Source of the DNA: Patescibacteria group bacterium
Lineage (GTDB): Bacteria > Patescibacteriota > Microgenomatia > Woykebacterales > 2-01-FULL-43-14
Reading direction: 5' to 3'
Assembly: GCA_023485445.1 (NCBI GenBank)
Contig: JAMCZT010000003.1
Coordinates: 1 to 49,339, forward strand
DNA: 49,339 bases
A model generated the notes under the pieces. The model was not told the DNA's origin, did not search any database, and worked only from the letters and a program-made list of their open reading frames with translations. Of this stretch, positions 41,038-49,339 are shown piece after piece. The position numbers and the translations under genes were made by a program. Every line of letters begins with the position of its first letter. Within the stretch, counting starts at the first letter, position 1.

Positions 41038-44000
41038 ATGCTGTCCAAGTCGTGGCGAAAACTTTTCGCTGTAGTTGTCTCTTTAGGTCTTATTTTTTCT
41101 GTTGTTCCCCCTCCTTCTAGTTCTGCAACATCAGAAGGAACTCTATCCAACGTTTCTGTTAGCCCTTCATCATCAGCATCTTCTGGATTGACTCTCGGGG
41201 CAACAACTAACTTTACTTTTACATTCACCACAGCGACTGTTTTAAGTGGTAACCCTGGGGATGGAGTAACGATAAATTTCGTTCCATCTTCTTGGTCCGA
41301 TCCCCAAAATCCTTGGGGAAGGAGTGGCATAACTAAGGGGGGAGGTTCTAGTGCTGCTTTTGGAACACTCAGCCTTCCATCTTCTGCTTTTGAGCCTGTT
41401 TTTGTCAATGTCACAAGCTCTGTTCCTGCTGGAACTGCGCTGACGCTCAAGTTAAACGGGGTGGTAAACCCCAGTACTGCAGGGGCTTACATTATCCAAA
41501 TTGGTACCGTAAGTAATATGACGGAAAAAGATAAAGGCCAAGTGACCGTTTTTGTCGGTAACGCTGCCTATTTAGTTGGCAAAGTGGTCAAAGTTGACGG
41601 GGGAACGACGACACCGATTGCGAATCGTTACGTCATGGTACATACCCGGGATTGGATCGTTAACAAGGGGGTTAATACTGGAGCTGACGGGGTATTTTAC
41701 GTTAGTGGCCTAACTGCTGGGACTTACATCGTTGAGGTAACTCCTCCTGCTCCTAACGACACTACGACAACTGGCTTTATCCAGCCGGATTTGCTGGAAA
41801 TCGCTTATACCGGAGCGACGATGGATCTAAGTGCTGATCCTTCTAAATTCATTAAATTCACTAAAGCAGCAAAGACTATTACTGGAACGGTAAAAAAGAG
41901 TGACGGAACAGCTGTTGTAGGGGCGCAAGTAATGGCGAATAAACAAGGTGCTATGGGTCAACCAAATATGACTACAACAGGAAACGATGGCTCCTTCACT
42001 TTGTACGTTGGGGGCGGGGAATGGAGCTTATTCGTTAGTCCTGGATGGGATCCTCAATCTGGCGGCCAAAAATCAGTTGACTGGACATTTACTGGCAGGC
42101 CACCGACAGTGTCGTTTGTCAACGACGCTTCGGTTGAAACAAAAACGCAAGATCTAACGGTGACTAAGGCTAGTTCTAAGATAAAAGGTAAAGTAATCAA
42201 GCCTGATGGAACTCCCCTAGCCATGGCTGGAATCAACATTTGGAGTATGAATGGAGTAGGCACGGGTGGCGGTTTGGATCAAAACGGGGCATTTGAAGTA
42301 AGCGTTCCCGCTGGTACTTACCAGGTTGGTATCTTTACTCAAGATGAGACCTATTCTGCTCCGACAGACTTAACAGCTTCTGTCATTGATGGCCAAACGC
42401 TTGACATGGGCAATATTACCCTGATCACTAAAAAATCTAGTATCAGCGGTAAGGTTAAAGACGAAAATGGAAATGGAATTGGGGGTATCCGAATTAATGC
42501 TTGGGCAGAAGGAGCTGGTGGTTCACCGGGGAAACAAACGGAATTTGATGGGAGCTATTCGATAAAGGTTACACCAGGGACTTGGCAAGTAATGGCGGAA
42601 GTTGATTATAATTCCGCTCTTGCTTACACTAATACACAACCTCCAAAAAGAGTAACAATTGGTGACAACCAAAATCTTACAGGAATTGATTTTACTATGA
42701 CGGCAACCAATTCTAGGATTTCAGGACAGGTGGTAGATACGAACAACACCCTTCTCTCCGATTTCTTTGGTTTTGCCTTTGTTGAAGGGGCGTTGGGACC
42801 TGGTTCTGGCGGCCCCATTCAAGGCGGAAAATTCTTATTAAAGGTTCCGGCTGGGACATACAAAGTAGGAGTTGGTTCGCCCCCTGGTTCTGACTATACT
42901 GCAGATGAAACCAAAAACGTTACGGTGGCGGCAGACGAAACGGCAAGTGTAAATATTATGGCGAAGAAAAACGACGCTAAGATTACTGGGGCTTTGAAGG
43001 ATGATGAAGGAAATCTTATTACTAACGCTACTATCGAAATTTTTGCTGAAAACGGGGCAGGTGGCTTCCAACAAATGCTTTCTATGAGCGGGAGCTATTC
43101 TCTTAATGTTAGCGCAGGGACTTGGCGGATAGGATTTTGGGATACTTCATCCAGCGGTTACATGACTGAGTCGGTAGATGATAACAAGGTTGCAGTTGCT
43201 TCAGGGCAAACTGTTACCAAAGACCTAACCCTAAAGAAGGCTAACGCTACTATTACTGGTAAGGTTACTAAACCAGATGGTAGCGCAATGATAAATTCTT
43301 TTGTAACTGTGGATAACAAAACTGGTCAGAAATCTCAAGATGAAGGGAAGAGAATGATGGCGAACGGTACGATGACTGACGGCAATGGCAACTATACACT
43401 TCGAGTTCCTGCTGGAGAATACTACGTCTCGGCCCATATTCCTCCTGGACAGGGTTACATCAATCCAGATCGTGTTCAAGTAAGCGTAGCTAAGAATGGC
43501 GAAGCAACCGTAAATTTAGCCTTTAAGACTGCTGACGCAAAGATAACAGGAAAGGTTACACAGAGCGGTACCGCGAAGTATGGCGCTTTCGTCCGAGCTT
43601 GGGCCGAAAAAGGCGGTTACTCCGAGACGAGAGTAAATAGCCTCGACGGTGTTTACGAGCTTTCCGTAAGTAAGGGTGACAACTGGCACGTTGGGGCGAT
43701 ACTCGAAGATGGAAAGAAAGTATATAAGAGTTCAGAAATTATTGTTTCGGTTACGAGCGCGTCTGCAACTCAAGACCTGACACTAAATGAGAGTTCTCTT
43801 ACTCTTCCAGATCCTGTTACTGTTACTTTTGATTCAACACAAATGGAAGTGGTAAACTTAACAGATGGGACCGAGCTATCTCTTCCTGCAAACTCTCTCG
43901 CTACATCTGGGGACGTTACGTTAACCGCGACTCCTAAAGCAGAGTTGCAGTCAGAGAAAACAGCGCAACCGATCGGAATTGGTTACGACTTTACCGCTGT

Positions 44001-44619
44001 GAACGCTTCTGGTAGCGCAATCACGACATTCAATAACAGCATTTCTATCACCGTTCCTTACACTGACCAGCAACTGACGGATTCCAAAGCTTCAGAAAGT
44101 GATCTTACACCTAGTTACTGGGATGAAAACAGCGGGACATGGCGCAGTGTTGGAACGGCAACGGTTGATAAAGATAGCAAAACAGTTAACTTCACGACTA
44201 ATCACTTTACATCGTATGCCTTAGTTGCTGCGGCCGATACTACCCCTCCGTCTGCACCAACTGGAGTTTCGGTAACCAATGCAGAGAGCGGTGCGTTGAC
44301 GATAGCCTGGACCAACCCTACTAGTGACTTTAGTTATGCCAAGGTTTATCGCTCTACGACTTCAGGTTCCTTGGGTACGGTGATTGCCAATAACCAAACT
44401 GGAACTTCCTATAAGGATACCGGGTTAACAAATGGAACTACTTACTATTACACTGTCAGGGCTGTTGACGCGGCGGGTAACGAATCAACTAACACAGCTC
44501 AGGTTTCTGGTACGCCAAGCGGGACTGGTCTGCCAAACACTGGAGCTCCATTTATTCCAGCATTCGCTGCTCTGTTAATCGGTGCAGTAGGCTTAGCGGT
44601 GGTTCGAAAGACAAAATAA
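41038..44619 (+). CDS. Giant LPXTG-anchored cell-surface protein with at least 8 CarboxypepD_reg/Cna-B-like beta-sandwich repeats and a C-terminal FN3 domain
   Basis: ATG 41038 behind AAAGGAGAA, with a signal peptide. Repeat seeds are GKVVKVDGG, GTVKKSDGT, GKVIKPDGT, GKVKDENGN, GQVVDTNNT, GALKDDEGN, GKVTKPDGS and GKVTQSGTA, each followed by ..DG.Y.L.V..G.Y. FN3 (PPSAPTGVSV...YYYTVRAVDAAGNES). LPNTG plus a hydrophobic segment plus RKTK. Confidence 0.85.
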   Translation: MLSKSWRKLFAVVVSLGLIFSVVPPPSSSATSEGTLSNVSVSPSSSASSGLTLGATTNFTFTFTTATVLSGNPGDGVTINFVPSSWSDPQNPWGRSGITKGGGSSAAFGTLSLPSSAFEPVFVNVTSSVPAGTALTLKLNGVVNPSTAGAYIIQIGTVSNMTEKDKGQVTVFVGNAAYLVGKVVKVDGGTTTPIANRYVMVHTRDWIVNKGVNTGADGVFYVSGLTAGTYIVEVTPPAPNDTTTTGFIQPDLLEIAYTGATMDLSADPSKFIKFTKAAKTITGTVKKSDGTAVVGAQVMANKQGAMGQPNMTTTGNDGSFTLYVGGGEWSLFVSPGWDPQSGGQKSVDWTFTGRPPTVSFVNDASVETKTQDLTVTKASSKIKGKVIKPDGTPLAMAGINIWSMNGVGTGGGLDQNGAFEVSVPAGTYQVGIFTQDETYSAPTDLTASVIDGQTLDMGNITLITKKSSISGKVKDENGNGIGGIRINAWAEGAGGSPGKQTEFDGSYSIKVTPGTWQVMAEVDYNSALAYTNTQPPKRVTIGDNQNLTGIDFTMTATNSRISGQVVDTNNTLLSDFFGFAFVEGALGPGSGGPIQGGKFLLKVPAGTYKVGVGSPPGSDYTADETKNVTVAADETASVNIMAKKNDAKITGALKDDEGNLITNATIEIFAENGAGGFQQMLSMSGSYSLNVSAGTWRIGFWDTSSSGYMTESVDDNKVAVASGQTVTKDLTLKKANATITGKVTKPDGSAMINSFVTVDNKTGQKSQDEGKRMMANGTMTDGNGNYTLRVPAGEYYVSAHIPPGQGYINPDRVQVSVAKNGEATVNLAFKTADAKITGKVTQSGTAKYGAFVRAWAEKGGYSETRVNSLDGVYELSVSKGDNWHVGAILEDGKKVYKSSEIIVSVTSASATQDLTLNESSLTLPDPVTVTFDSTQMEVVNLTDGTELSLPANSLATSGDVTLTATPKAELQSEKTAQPIGIGYDFTAVNASGSAITTFNNSISITVPYTDQQLTDSKASESDLTPSYWDENSGTWRSVGTATVDKDSKTVNFTTNHFTSYALVAAADTTPPSAPTGVSVTNAESGALTIAWTNPTSDFSYAKVYRSTTSGSLGTVIANNQTGTSYKDTGLTNGTTYYYTVRAVDAAGNESTNTAQVSGTPSGTGLPNTGAPFIPAFAALLIGAVGLAVVRKTK

Positions 44620-45291
44620 ATGGAAGGTAATCTGGAAAATAGAAAGAGAGTAGGCCGCGGCCTACTCTCTTTCTTTCAGACAAACAAAATTAGCACGATT
44701 GCGATTCTAGTCGTAGTTGGCTCCTTTGCTTATCTGCTTTTTTACTTTTGGGAACCCTTGGCAGCTAACGTTGGTTACTATTTTAAGACCACAGTTGTTT
44801 CAAACTCATTTGTCCGTTCTATTATTCCTCTTCCTAATCCAAATTTAGCAGTCAAAAAGCCAAAATCGGAGGATTTTAACCTGACGATTAAAAAAATTGA
44901 CGTGAATGTTCCGGTCGTGGTTAATATTCCTGTTGATGATAAAAAAGAGTACCTTTACGCGTTAACGAAAGGGGTGGCTCAAGCTAGAGGAAGCGCTCTT
45001 CCGGGTGAAAAAGGAAATATCTTTATCTTTGGCCATAGTAATTCTCCCGGTTCGGAAAACAGCAACTACCGGAGCGTTTTTACCCTCCTTGATAAGCTTG
45101 GTAAGGGGGATGAGATTGAAATCATTTATAAAAAAGAGAAGTATTCTTACCTGGTCGTAGAAACAAAAACGATCAACCCGGACCAACTGGAGGTTTTGGA
45201 AAAAACCCAGAAAGAAACCGTAACCCTTATGACCTGCTGGCCCTTCGGCACCGACCTCAAGCGCCTCGTTATTCGCGCGGAACGCGAATAA
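44620..45291 (+). CDS. Sortase (cysteine transpeptidase)
   Basis: N-terminal TM anchor, catalytic His (IFIFGHS), the TLMTCWP Cys motif, and a downstream Arg (RLVIRAE). It starts immediately after the substrate gene stop. Confidence 0.85.
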   Translation: MEGNLENRKRVGRGLLSFFQTNKISTIAILVVVGSFAYLLFYFWEPLAANVGYYFKTTVVSNSFVRSIIPLPNPNLAVKKPKSEDFNLTIKKIDVNVPVVVNIPVDDKKEYLYALTKGVAQARGSALPGEKGNIFIFGHSNSPGSENSNYRSVFTLLDKLGKGDEIEIIYKKEKYSYLVVETKTINPDQLEVLEKTQKETVTLMTCWPFGTDLKRLVIRAERE

Positions 45292-45345
45292 TATCGCTCG
45301 CAAAGCGAGGAAGATAGCATCCGCGCCGAAGCGAGAATAATAATT

Positions 45346-45882
45346 ATGAAAGAATACAATTTTAGCTACAAATTTAGCTCTATTCCTCCAATTATGAGAA
45401 GAGGAAAGCATGTGTTAATCGTTGTAAAAGACGATCAGGGTAAGTATATCCTTGGATCAAAGAAGATCTATCCAGAAGGCATTTACCGCTTTATTGGAGG
45501 CGGGGTTGACCTTGATGAGAACCCAGCGGAGGCGGCAGTAAGAGAAATCGAAGAAGAACTAAAGATAAACGTAAGAAAAACTAACTTCAGGCCACTAGCA
45601 AAATTTATCGTTGAGGTGAGTGACGAAAAAGAAACTTTTGTCTTTTTAACGTTTTTATTTTTATTAACTACCCCCGTTAGCAGACAGCTTTTGGTTGCTT
45701 CGGATGATCTTGATGATTTAGTAGAGCTTTCAAAAGACGAAGTCCTGGAATTAGTTCAGAAGTATGAAAACCTTTCGGATTGTCTGGTTGACCTAAAGGG
45801 GGATAAGAGCGGACTATTCAAGTGGAGTGACTATGGTAAATTCTATTCCCAAGTACATCAGATCGCGATGGAGTTAGCCTAG
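45346..45882 (+). CDS. NUDIX hydrolase
   Basis: Nudix box GGGVDLDENPAEAAVREIEEELKI. Confidence 0.75.
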   Translation: MKEYNFSYKFSSIPPIMRRGKHVLIVVKDDQGKYILGSKKIYPEGIYRFIGGGVDLDENPAEAAVREIEEELKINVRKTNFRPLAKFIVEVSDEKETFVFLTFLFLLTTPVSRQLLVASDDLDDLVELSKDEVLELVQKYENLSDCLVDLKGDKSGLFKWSDYGKFYSQVHQIAMELA

Positions 45883-46025
45883 CTCCCAAGATGCTATCAC
45901 CCTTCCTTTTTTCACCTAGGAATTTATCTAAAACCAATAAACCTCCCGTTTCTTTGTTCTCTAAAACTATTCCCAATCTATAACGAGTTGTTAATTAGCT
46001 TCAGATCAGGTAAAATGAGTTTGAC

Positions 46026-47795
46026 ATGAAAAATATTCGAAACTTTTGTATCATTGCCCATATTGATCACGGAAAGTCGACCTTGGCTGATCGGATGCTC
46101 GAAATTACCGGAACAATCCCTAAAGAAAAAATGAAAGAGCAGTTTCTGGATCGGATGGATATTGAGCGGGAACGGGGAATTACTATCAAACTTCAGCCCG
46201 TAAAGATGGGTTGGAAAGGGTTTGAACTAAATTTAATCGATACTCCCGGCCATGTTGATTTCACGTATGAAGTAAGCAGGTCCCTTCAGGCTGTGGAAGG
46301 GGCAGTTTTGGTCGTGGATGCAACTCAAGGTGTAGAAGCCCAAACGCTAAGCAATATCCACCTGGCAATTGAACAGGGACTAGCAATTATTCCCGTGGTC
46401 AACAAAATCGACTTGCCGAATGCCGAACCGGAAAGAGTTTCCCAGGAATTAGTTAACACTTGTGGTTTCCGTGAGGACGAAATTATCTTTGCTTCTGGAA
46501 AAGCTGGAACTAATGTTGACCAAATTCTTGATGCTGTAATTGCTAAGATTCCCACTCCGGCTGGAAATCAGGCATTTCCGCTAAGGGCTTTGGTTTTTGA
46601 TAGCAGTTATGATCCTTTCAAAGGAGTGATCGCTTACGTTCGGATTATCGATGGGAAAGTAAGAAGTGAAGAAAAAGTTAAATTGATGGGTTCTGGGGCG
46701 GAGGCGGTGCTTTTGGAAGTAGGAGTTTTTAACCCCGAGCTAAATCCGATGATACAGCTCTCCGCTGGAGAAATTGGTTATTTCGCGACTGGCTTAAAAG
46801 ACGTTTCCCTTTGCCGTGTCGGAGACACTGCCACCGCTGTTGAGAATTTGGCAAAAGAGGCTTTACCGGGATATCGACAGATTAAATCGATGGTTTTCGC
46901 TGGTCTTTACCCAATTGATGCTGATCAATATCCAGCGCTAAGAGATGCCTTAAGTAAGCTCAAGCTTAGTGACGCTTCCCTGATTTATGAACCAGAAACT
47001 TCCGAAGCCCTCGGTTTTGGTTTCCGCTGCGGTTTCTTAGGGTTACTACACATGGAGGTCGTTCAGGAAAGATTGGAGCGGGAATTTAACTTAAGCTTAA
47101 TTGCTTCCGCTCCGACTGTCGAATATAAGGTTGAAACGACCACAGGGGAAACTTTAAACGTAGAAAATCCATCCAAATTACCCCTGCCTTCTTTGATTAG
47201 ACAAATTTCAGAGCCTTGGATCAAGGCGACAATTATTACGCCAGAACGTTTTATGGGACCAGTTTTAGACCTGTGCAACAACAAAAGGGGAAAGACAGTG
47301 AATATCCAGTACTTGGGGGATAGAGTAGACTTGAGTTTGGAATTACCTTTAGCGGAGGTAGTACTTGATTTTTATGATAACCTAAAATCTATTTCCTCAG
47401 GCTACGCTTCTTTTGATTACGAATTTTTGGAATATCGACCGACGGAAGCGGTGAAACTAGAAATTTTAGTGGCAAAGAAACCGGTTGATGCCTTGAGTGT
47501 TATTGTTGTCCGTAGTAAGGCTGACTATCTTGGCCGAGAATTAGTTGAAAAATTAAAAAACGCGATTCCCCGCCAAAATTTTGAAGTGTCGATCCAAGCC
47601 ACCATCGGGGGAAAAGTTGTTGCCAGAGCGGATATTTCCGCTTTCCGAAAAGACGTTTTAGCCAAGATGAGCGGTGGGCACCGAGAACGGAAAGATAAGC
47701 TCCTCGAAGCTCAGAAAAAGGGCAAGAAGAGGATGAAAATGTTTGGTTCAGTGGAAATTCCCCAAGAAGCTTTTCTTTCTGTTTTGAAAATGTAG
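46026..47795 (+). CDS. lepA: Translation elongation factor 4
   Basis: G-domain motifs AHIDHGKST, DTPGHVDF, NKID. LepA-specific C-terminal domain (...GGHRERKDKLLEAQKKGKKRMK). Confidence 0.95.
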   Translation: MKNIRNFCIIAHIDHGKSTLADRMLEITGTIPKEKMKEQFLDRMDIERERGITIKLQPVKMGWKGFELNLIDTPGHVDFTYEVSRSLQAVEGAVLVVDATQGVEAQTLSNIHLAIEQGLAIIPVVNKIDLPNAEPERVSQELVNTCGFREDEIIFASGKAGTNVDQILDAVIAKIPTPAGNQAFPLRALVFDSSYDPFKGVIAYVRIIDGKVRSEEKVKLMGSGAEAVLLEVGVFNPELNPMIQLSAGEIGYFATGLKDVSLCRVGDTATAVENLAKEALPGYRQIKSMVFAGLYPIDADQYPALRDALSKLKLSDASLIYEPETSEALGFGFRCGFLGLLHMEVVQERLEREFNLSLIASAPTVEYKVETTTGETLNVENPSKLPLPSLIRQISEPWIKATIITPERFMGPVLDLCNNKRGKTVNIQYLGDRVDLSLELPLAEVVLDFYDNLKSISSGYASFDYEFLEYRPTEAVKLEILVAKKPVDALSVIVVRSKADYLGRELVEKLKNAIPRQNFEVSIQATIGGKVVARADISAFRKDVLAKMSGGHRERKDKLLEAQKKGKKRMKMFGSVEIPQEAFLSVLKM

Positions 47796-47850
47796 CTCTC
47801 GTTTGGTTGACAAGTCTCTGTACTTTTAGATACACTTTCGTTATAGAAAA

Positions 47851-49137
47851 ATGACTTGCTTACTAAATCCTTTTTCACTTAAATCCCATCTTGCAAAAAA
47901 CCGAAAATTGTTTCTTTTCGGAGCGGCGCTAATATTGGTTTTGCTTTCGCTCTGGTCAAAAGTTGTTAAGGAGGTAGTAGCCCAATCAGGAGAATTTATT
48001 TTAAGAGCAGATATAAATAATGATGGCGCGGTTAATTTATTAGATGCTTTAGCGAGTTTTTCTTCTTGGAACTCTCTTTATAATGGAAACGAAGATATTA
48101 ATAGCGATCAGAAAATTAACGGTCTTGATTTTAGTAAATTGGTTGAAGAATGGGGACGTCATTACAATTATTCCTACGCACCTTCTAAAGTTTTACATTT
48201 TAACCAAGAGCAAAATTCTGGCTGGTTCTATATTGCCCAAACGAAGCCAGAAAATGGAAAGGTATTTTGGGCGGCTCTAGTGAGATCTCTATCGACCATG
48301 CCGGTTGATAATACCGCCCAGTTATCGTATGGAATTACTGATATTGTTACCGGCGACCACTACTCTGGATTTTTAGACGGAGGTTCATTTTCTGAAGATT
48401 CGAAGGGGGTTAATCTTTTCTATCAAAAAGATGGAAAAAAGCTAGTTGAGTTTAGGCAAACAAGGGCTAGTTTGGGCGAGTTTGAGTTTGATGTTGATCT
48501 TCCTCAAGGAACGCAACCTTCCTTTCAAATGAAAAAGATTTTAACTGTCAGTCGTCCTTTGATTTATGAAAGCGGAGATGGTCGTGTTCCGATGGCTCCT
48601 GGTTTAGATTCTCTTTATGTTTCTTTGATTTCTGATCAAGGATTTTGGATTGATTTTCAGAAGTTTAACCTAAATTCCCCACTTCTTTTGGATCAATTTA
48701 GTCCGCGGGGCGCCAATCATCGTTGGATGAGTTTTATATTAGATAAGCAAGTTGGGTCTTTACCTGCGAGAACAGCTGGTGTTGGCTGGGAAATTTTGGA
48801 TGGAAATAATCAACGTCAAACCGGGGGTTATACTAATATAGATTTACTGATACCTGGGCATTCTCAAAGGACTGTTGCTGAGAAGGAAGTTAATAACATC
48901 CAGATAAGTGAGTTAGAATATTGGAATAGTGGTTACAAGAAATATTTAAAGAAGTGGAGATTGAAATATTTATCTGGGGGAATAGACTTGATTTTTGAGA
49001 CACTATCAAATAACCAAGAGAATCAAATAGCTGGTAACTATTATTATGAAGGGGCGATTAAAGTAATTGATCCCTCTACAGGAGAGCAGGTAGGAACTGG
49101 AATGTTAGAACAAACACACGACGAATCTCGTGACTAA
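47851..49137 (+). CDS. Secreted hypothetical protein with an N-terminal dockerin-like Ca-binding repeat pair
   Basis: Signal/anchor. DINNDGAVNLLDAL and DINSDQKINGLDFSKL (dockerin/EF-hand-like DxNxDG repeats). The large C-terminal beta-rich domain has no secure family assignment. Confidence 0.5.
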   Translation: MTCLLNPFSLKSHLAKNRKLFLFGAALILVLLSLWSKVVKEVVAQSGEFILRADINNDGAVNLLDALASFSSWNSLYNGNEDINSDQKINGLDFSKLVEEWGRHYNYSYAPSKVLHFNQEQNSGWFYIAQTKPENGKVFWAALVRSLSTMPVDNTAQLSYGITDIVTGDHYSGFLDGGSFSEDSKGVNLFYQKDGKKLVEFRQTRASLGEFEFDVDLPQGTQPSFQMKKILTVSRPLIYESGDGRVPMAPGLDSLYVSLISDQGFWIDFQKFNLNSPLLLDQFSPRGANHRWMSFILDKQVGSLPARTAGVGWEILDGNNQRQTGGYTNIDLLIPGHSQRTVAEKEVNNIQISELEYWNSGYKKYLKKWRLKYLSGGIDLIFETLSNNQENQIAGNYYYEGAIKVIDPSTGEQVGTGMLEQTHDESRD

Positions 49138-49212
49138 AAAGGTTGGCGATATTTGTAACGATTAATCGGGGAAGAAAAACTTTTGTTTCAGACGTGAAAG
49201 GCATAATAGTAA

Positions 49213-49339
49213 TGTCCAGGACCTGATAGATCCCGTAACACTTGAGTGGTTAATGAGGGGAATGTATAGTGGCTCGTATATGCGAGCCTACAAGATCTTA
49301 CCAAAAAGTGAATATGTTCATGCAGTTAGTTTATCGAAA
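49213..49339. repeat. Right copy of the perfect 127-bp terminal inverted repeat (partner 1..127)
   Basis: Exact reverse complement of 1..127. Hairpin GGCTCG-TATATG-CGAGCC at 49271..49288. An outward-reading open frame runs from ATG 49253 to the window end. Confidence 0.95.

Noticed and set aside
45265-45345. Cluster of short GC-rich hairpins and a roughly 24-bp imperfect direct repeat (ATTCGCGCGGAACGCGAATAATA / ATCCGCGCCGAAGCGAGAATAATA) at the sortase 3' end
   Set aside because: The stems are only 3-6 bp. The first lies within coding sequence (…VIRAERE stop), no U-run follows, and the motif is not seen elsewhere in the window. It is most simply a weak terminator or spacer and is not worth a separate claim.
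1-49339. Search for CRISPR arrays, tRNA/rRNA genes, transposases, integrases, reverse transcriptase/DGR and prophage structural genes
   Set aside because: No spaced direct repeats, no tRNA T-arm (GGTTCGAAT-like) signatures in intergenic regions, and no ORF with recombinase, RT or capsid-like motifs were found. The only repeat of note is the terminal inverted pair.
1-49339. Interpretation of the window as a complete linear plasmid, phage or Borg-like element because of the terminal inverted repeats
   Set aside because: The gene content is housekeeping (gap, lepA, trxB, gdh, cdsA, nrdJ). There are no replication, partition, terminal-protein or telomere-resolvase genes. The repeat length equals a typical assembler k-mer. 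I kept this only as the least likely alternative in the first finding.

Overview
The window is a 49.3-kb, gene-dense, AT-leaning bacterial chromosomal segment with about 60 CDS, nearly all on the + strand. Many genes overlap start to stop (ATGA / 4-nt overlaps), and promoters are often of the extended -10 type (TGnTATAAT). I found no rRNA, tRNA, CRISPR array, transposase, integrase or reverse transcriptase.

Gene content, in order:
- Lipid and envelope genes, including cdsA.
- A large glycan cluster with three GT9 'heptosyltransferase' paralogs, GT1/GT4/GT2 enzymes, a GmhB-like phosphatase and an HldA-like sugar kinase.
- Central metabolism and redox: gap, ferredoxin, PGI/PMI, trxB, gdh.
- An nrdR-nrdJ-cobO operon, followed by a cobalamin riboswitch that controls a putative B12 uptake pair.
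- A thiol-redox and copper block: khpA, ccdA, redoxin, csoR, a YHS peptide and copA.
- A small accessory-looking islet with orphan proteins and a PIN toxin.
- Three NUDIX hydrolases.
- A 1,190-aa LPXTG surface protein with its sortase.
- lepA.

The style (sortase plus LPXTG, pilin-like proteins, many small orphans, B12 salvage feeding a class II RNR) is compatible with an uncultivated monoderm lineage such as CPR/Patescibacteria. That placement is inference only.

Most notable observations:
1. The window is bounded by a perfect 127-bp inverted repeat.
2. The csoR reading frame has conserved N-terminal coding sequence upstream of an in-frame TGA.
3. C-tract/G-tract palindromes are positioned as CsoR operators at two promoters.
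4. A textbook NrdR box sits inside a 34-bp perfect palindrome.
5. LPS-core-like heptose machinery occurs in a sortase-bearing organism.
6. Several ORF-free structured gaps are candidate leaders or sRNAs.

I did not recognise a clearly novel multi-gene defence or mobile system. The candidates below are ranked honestly.
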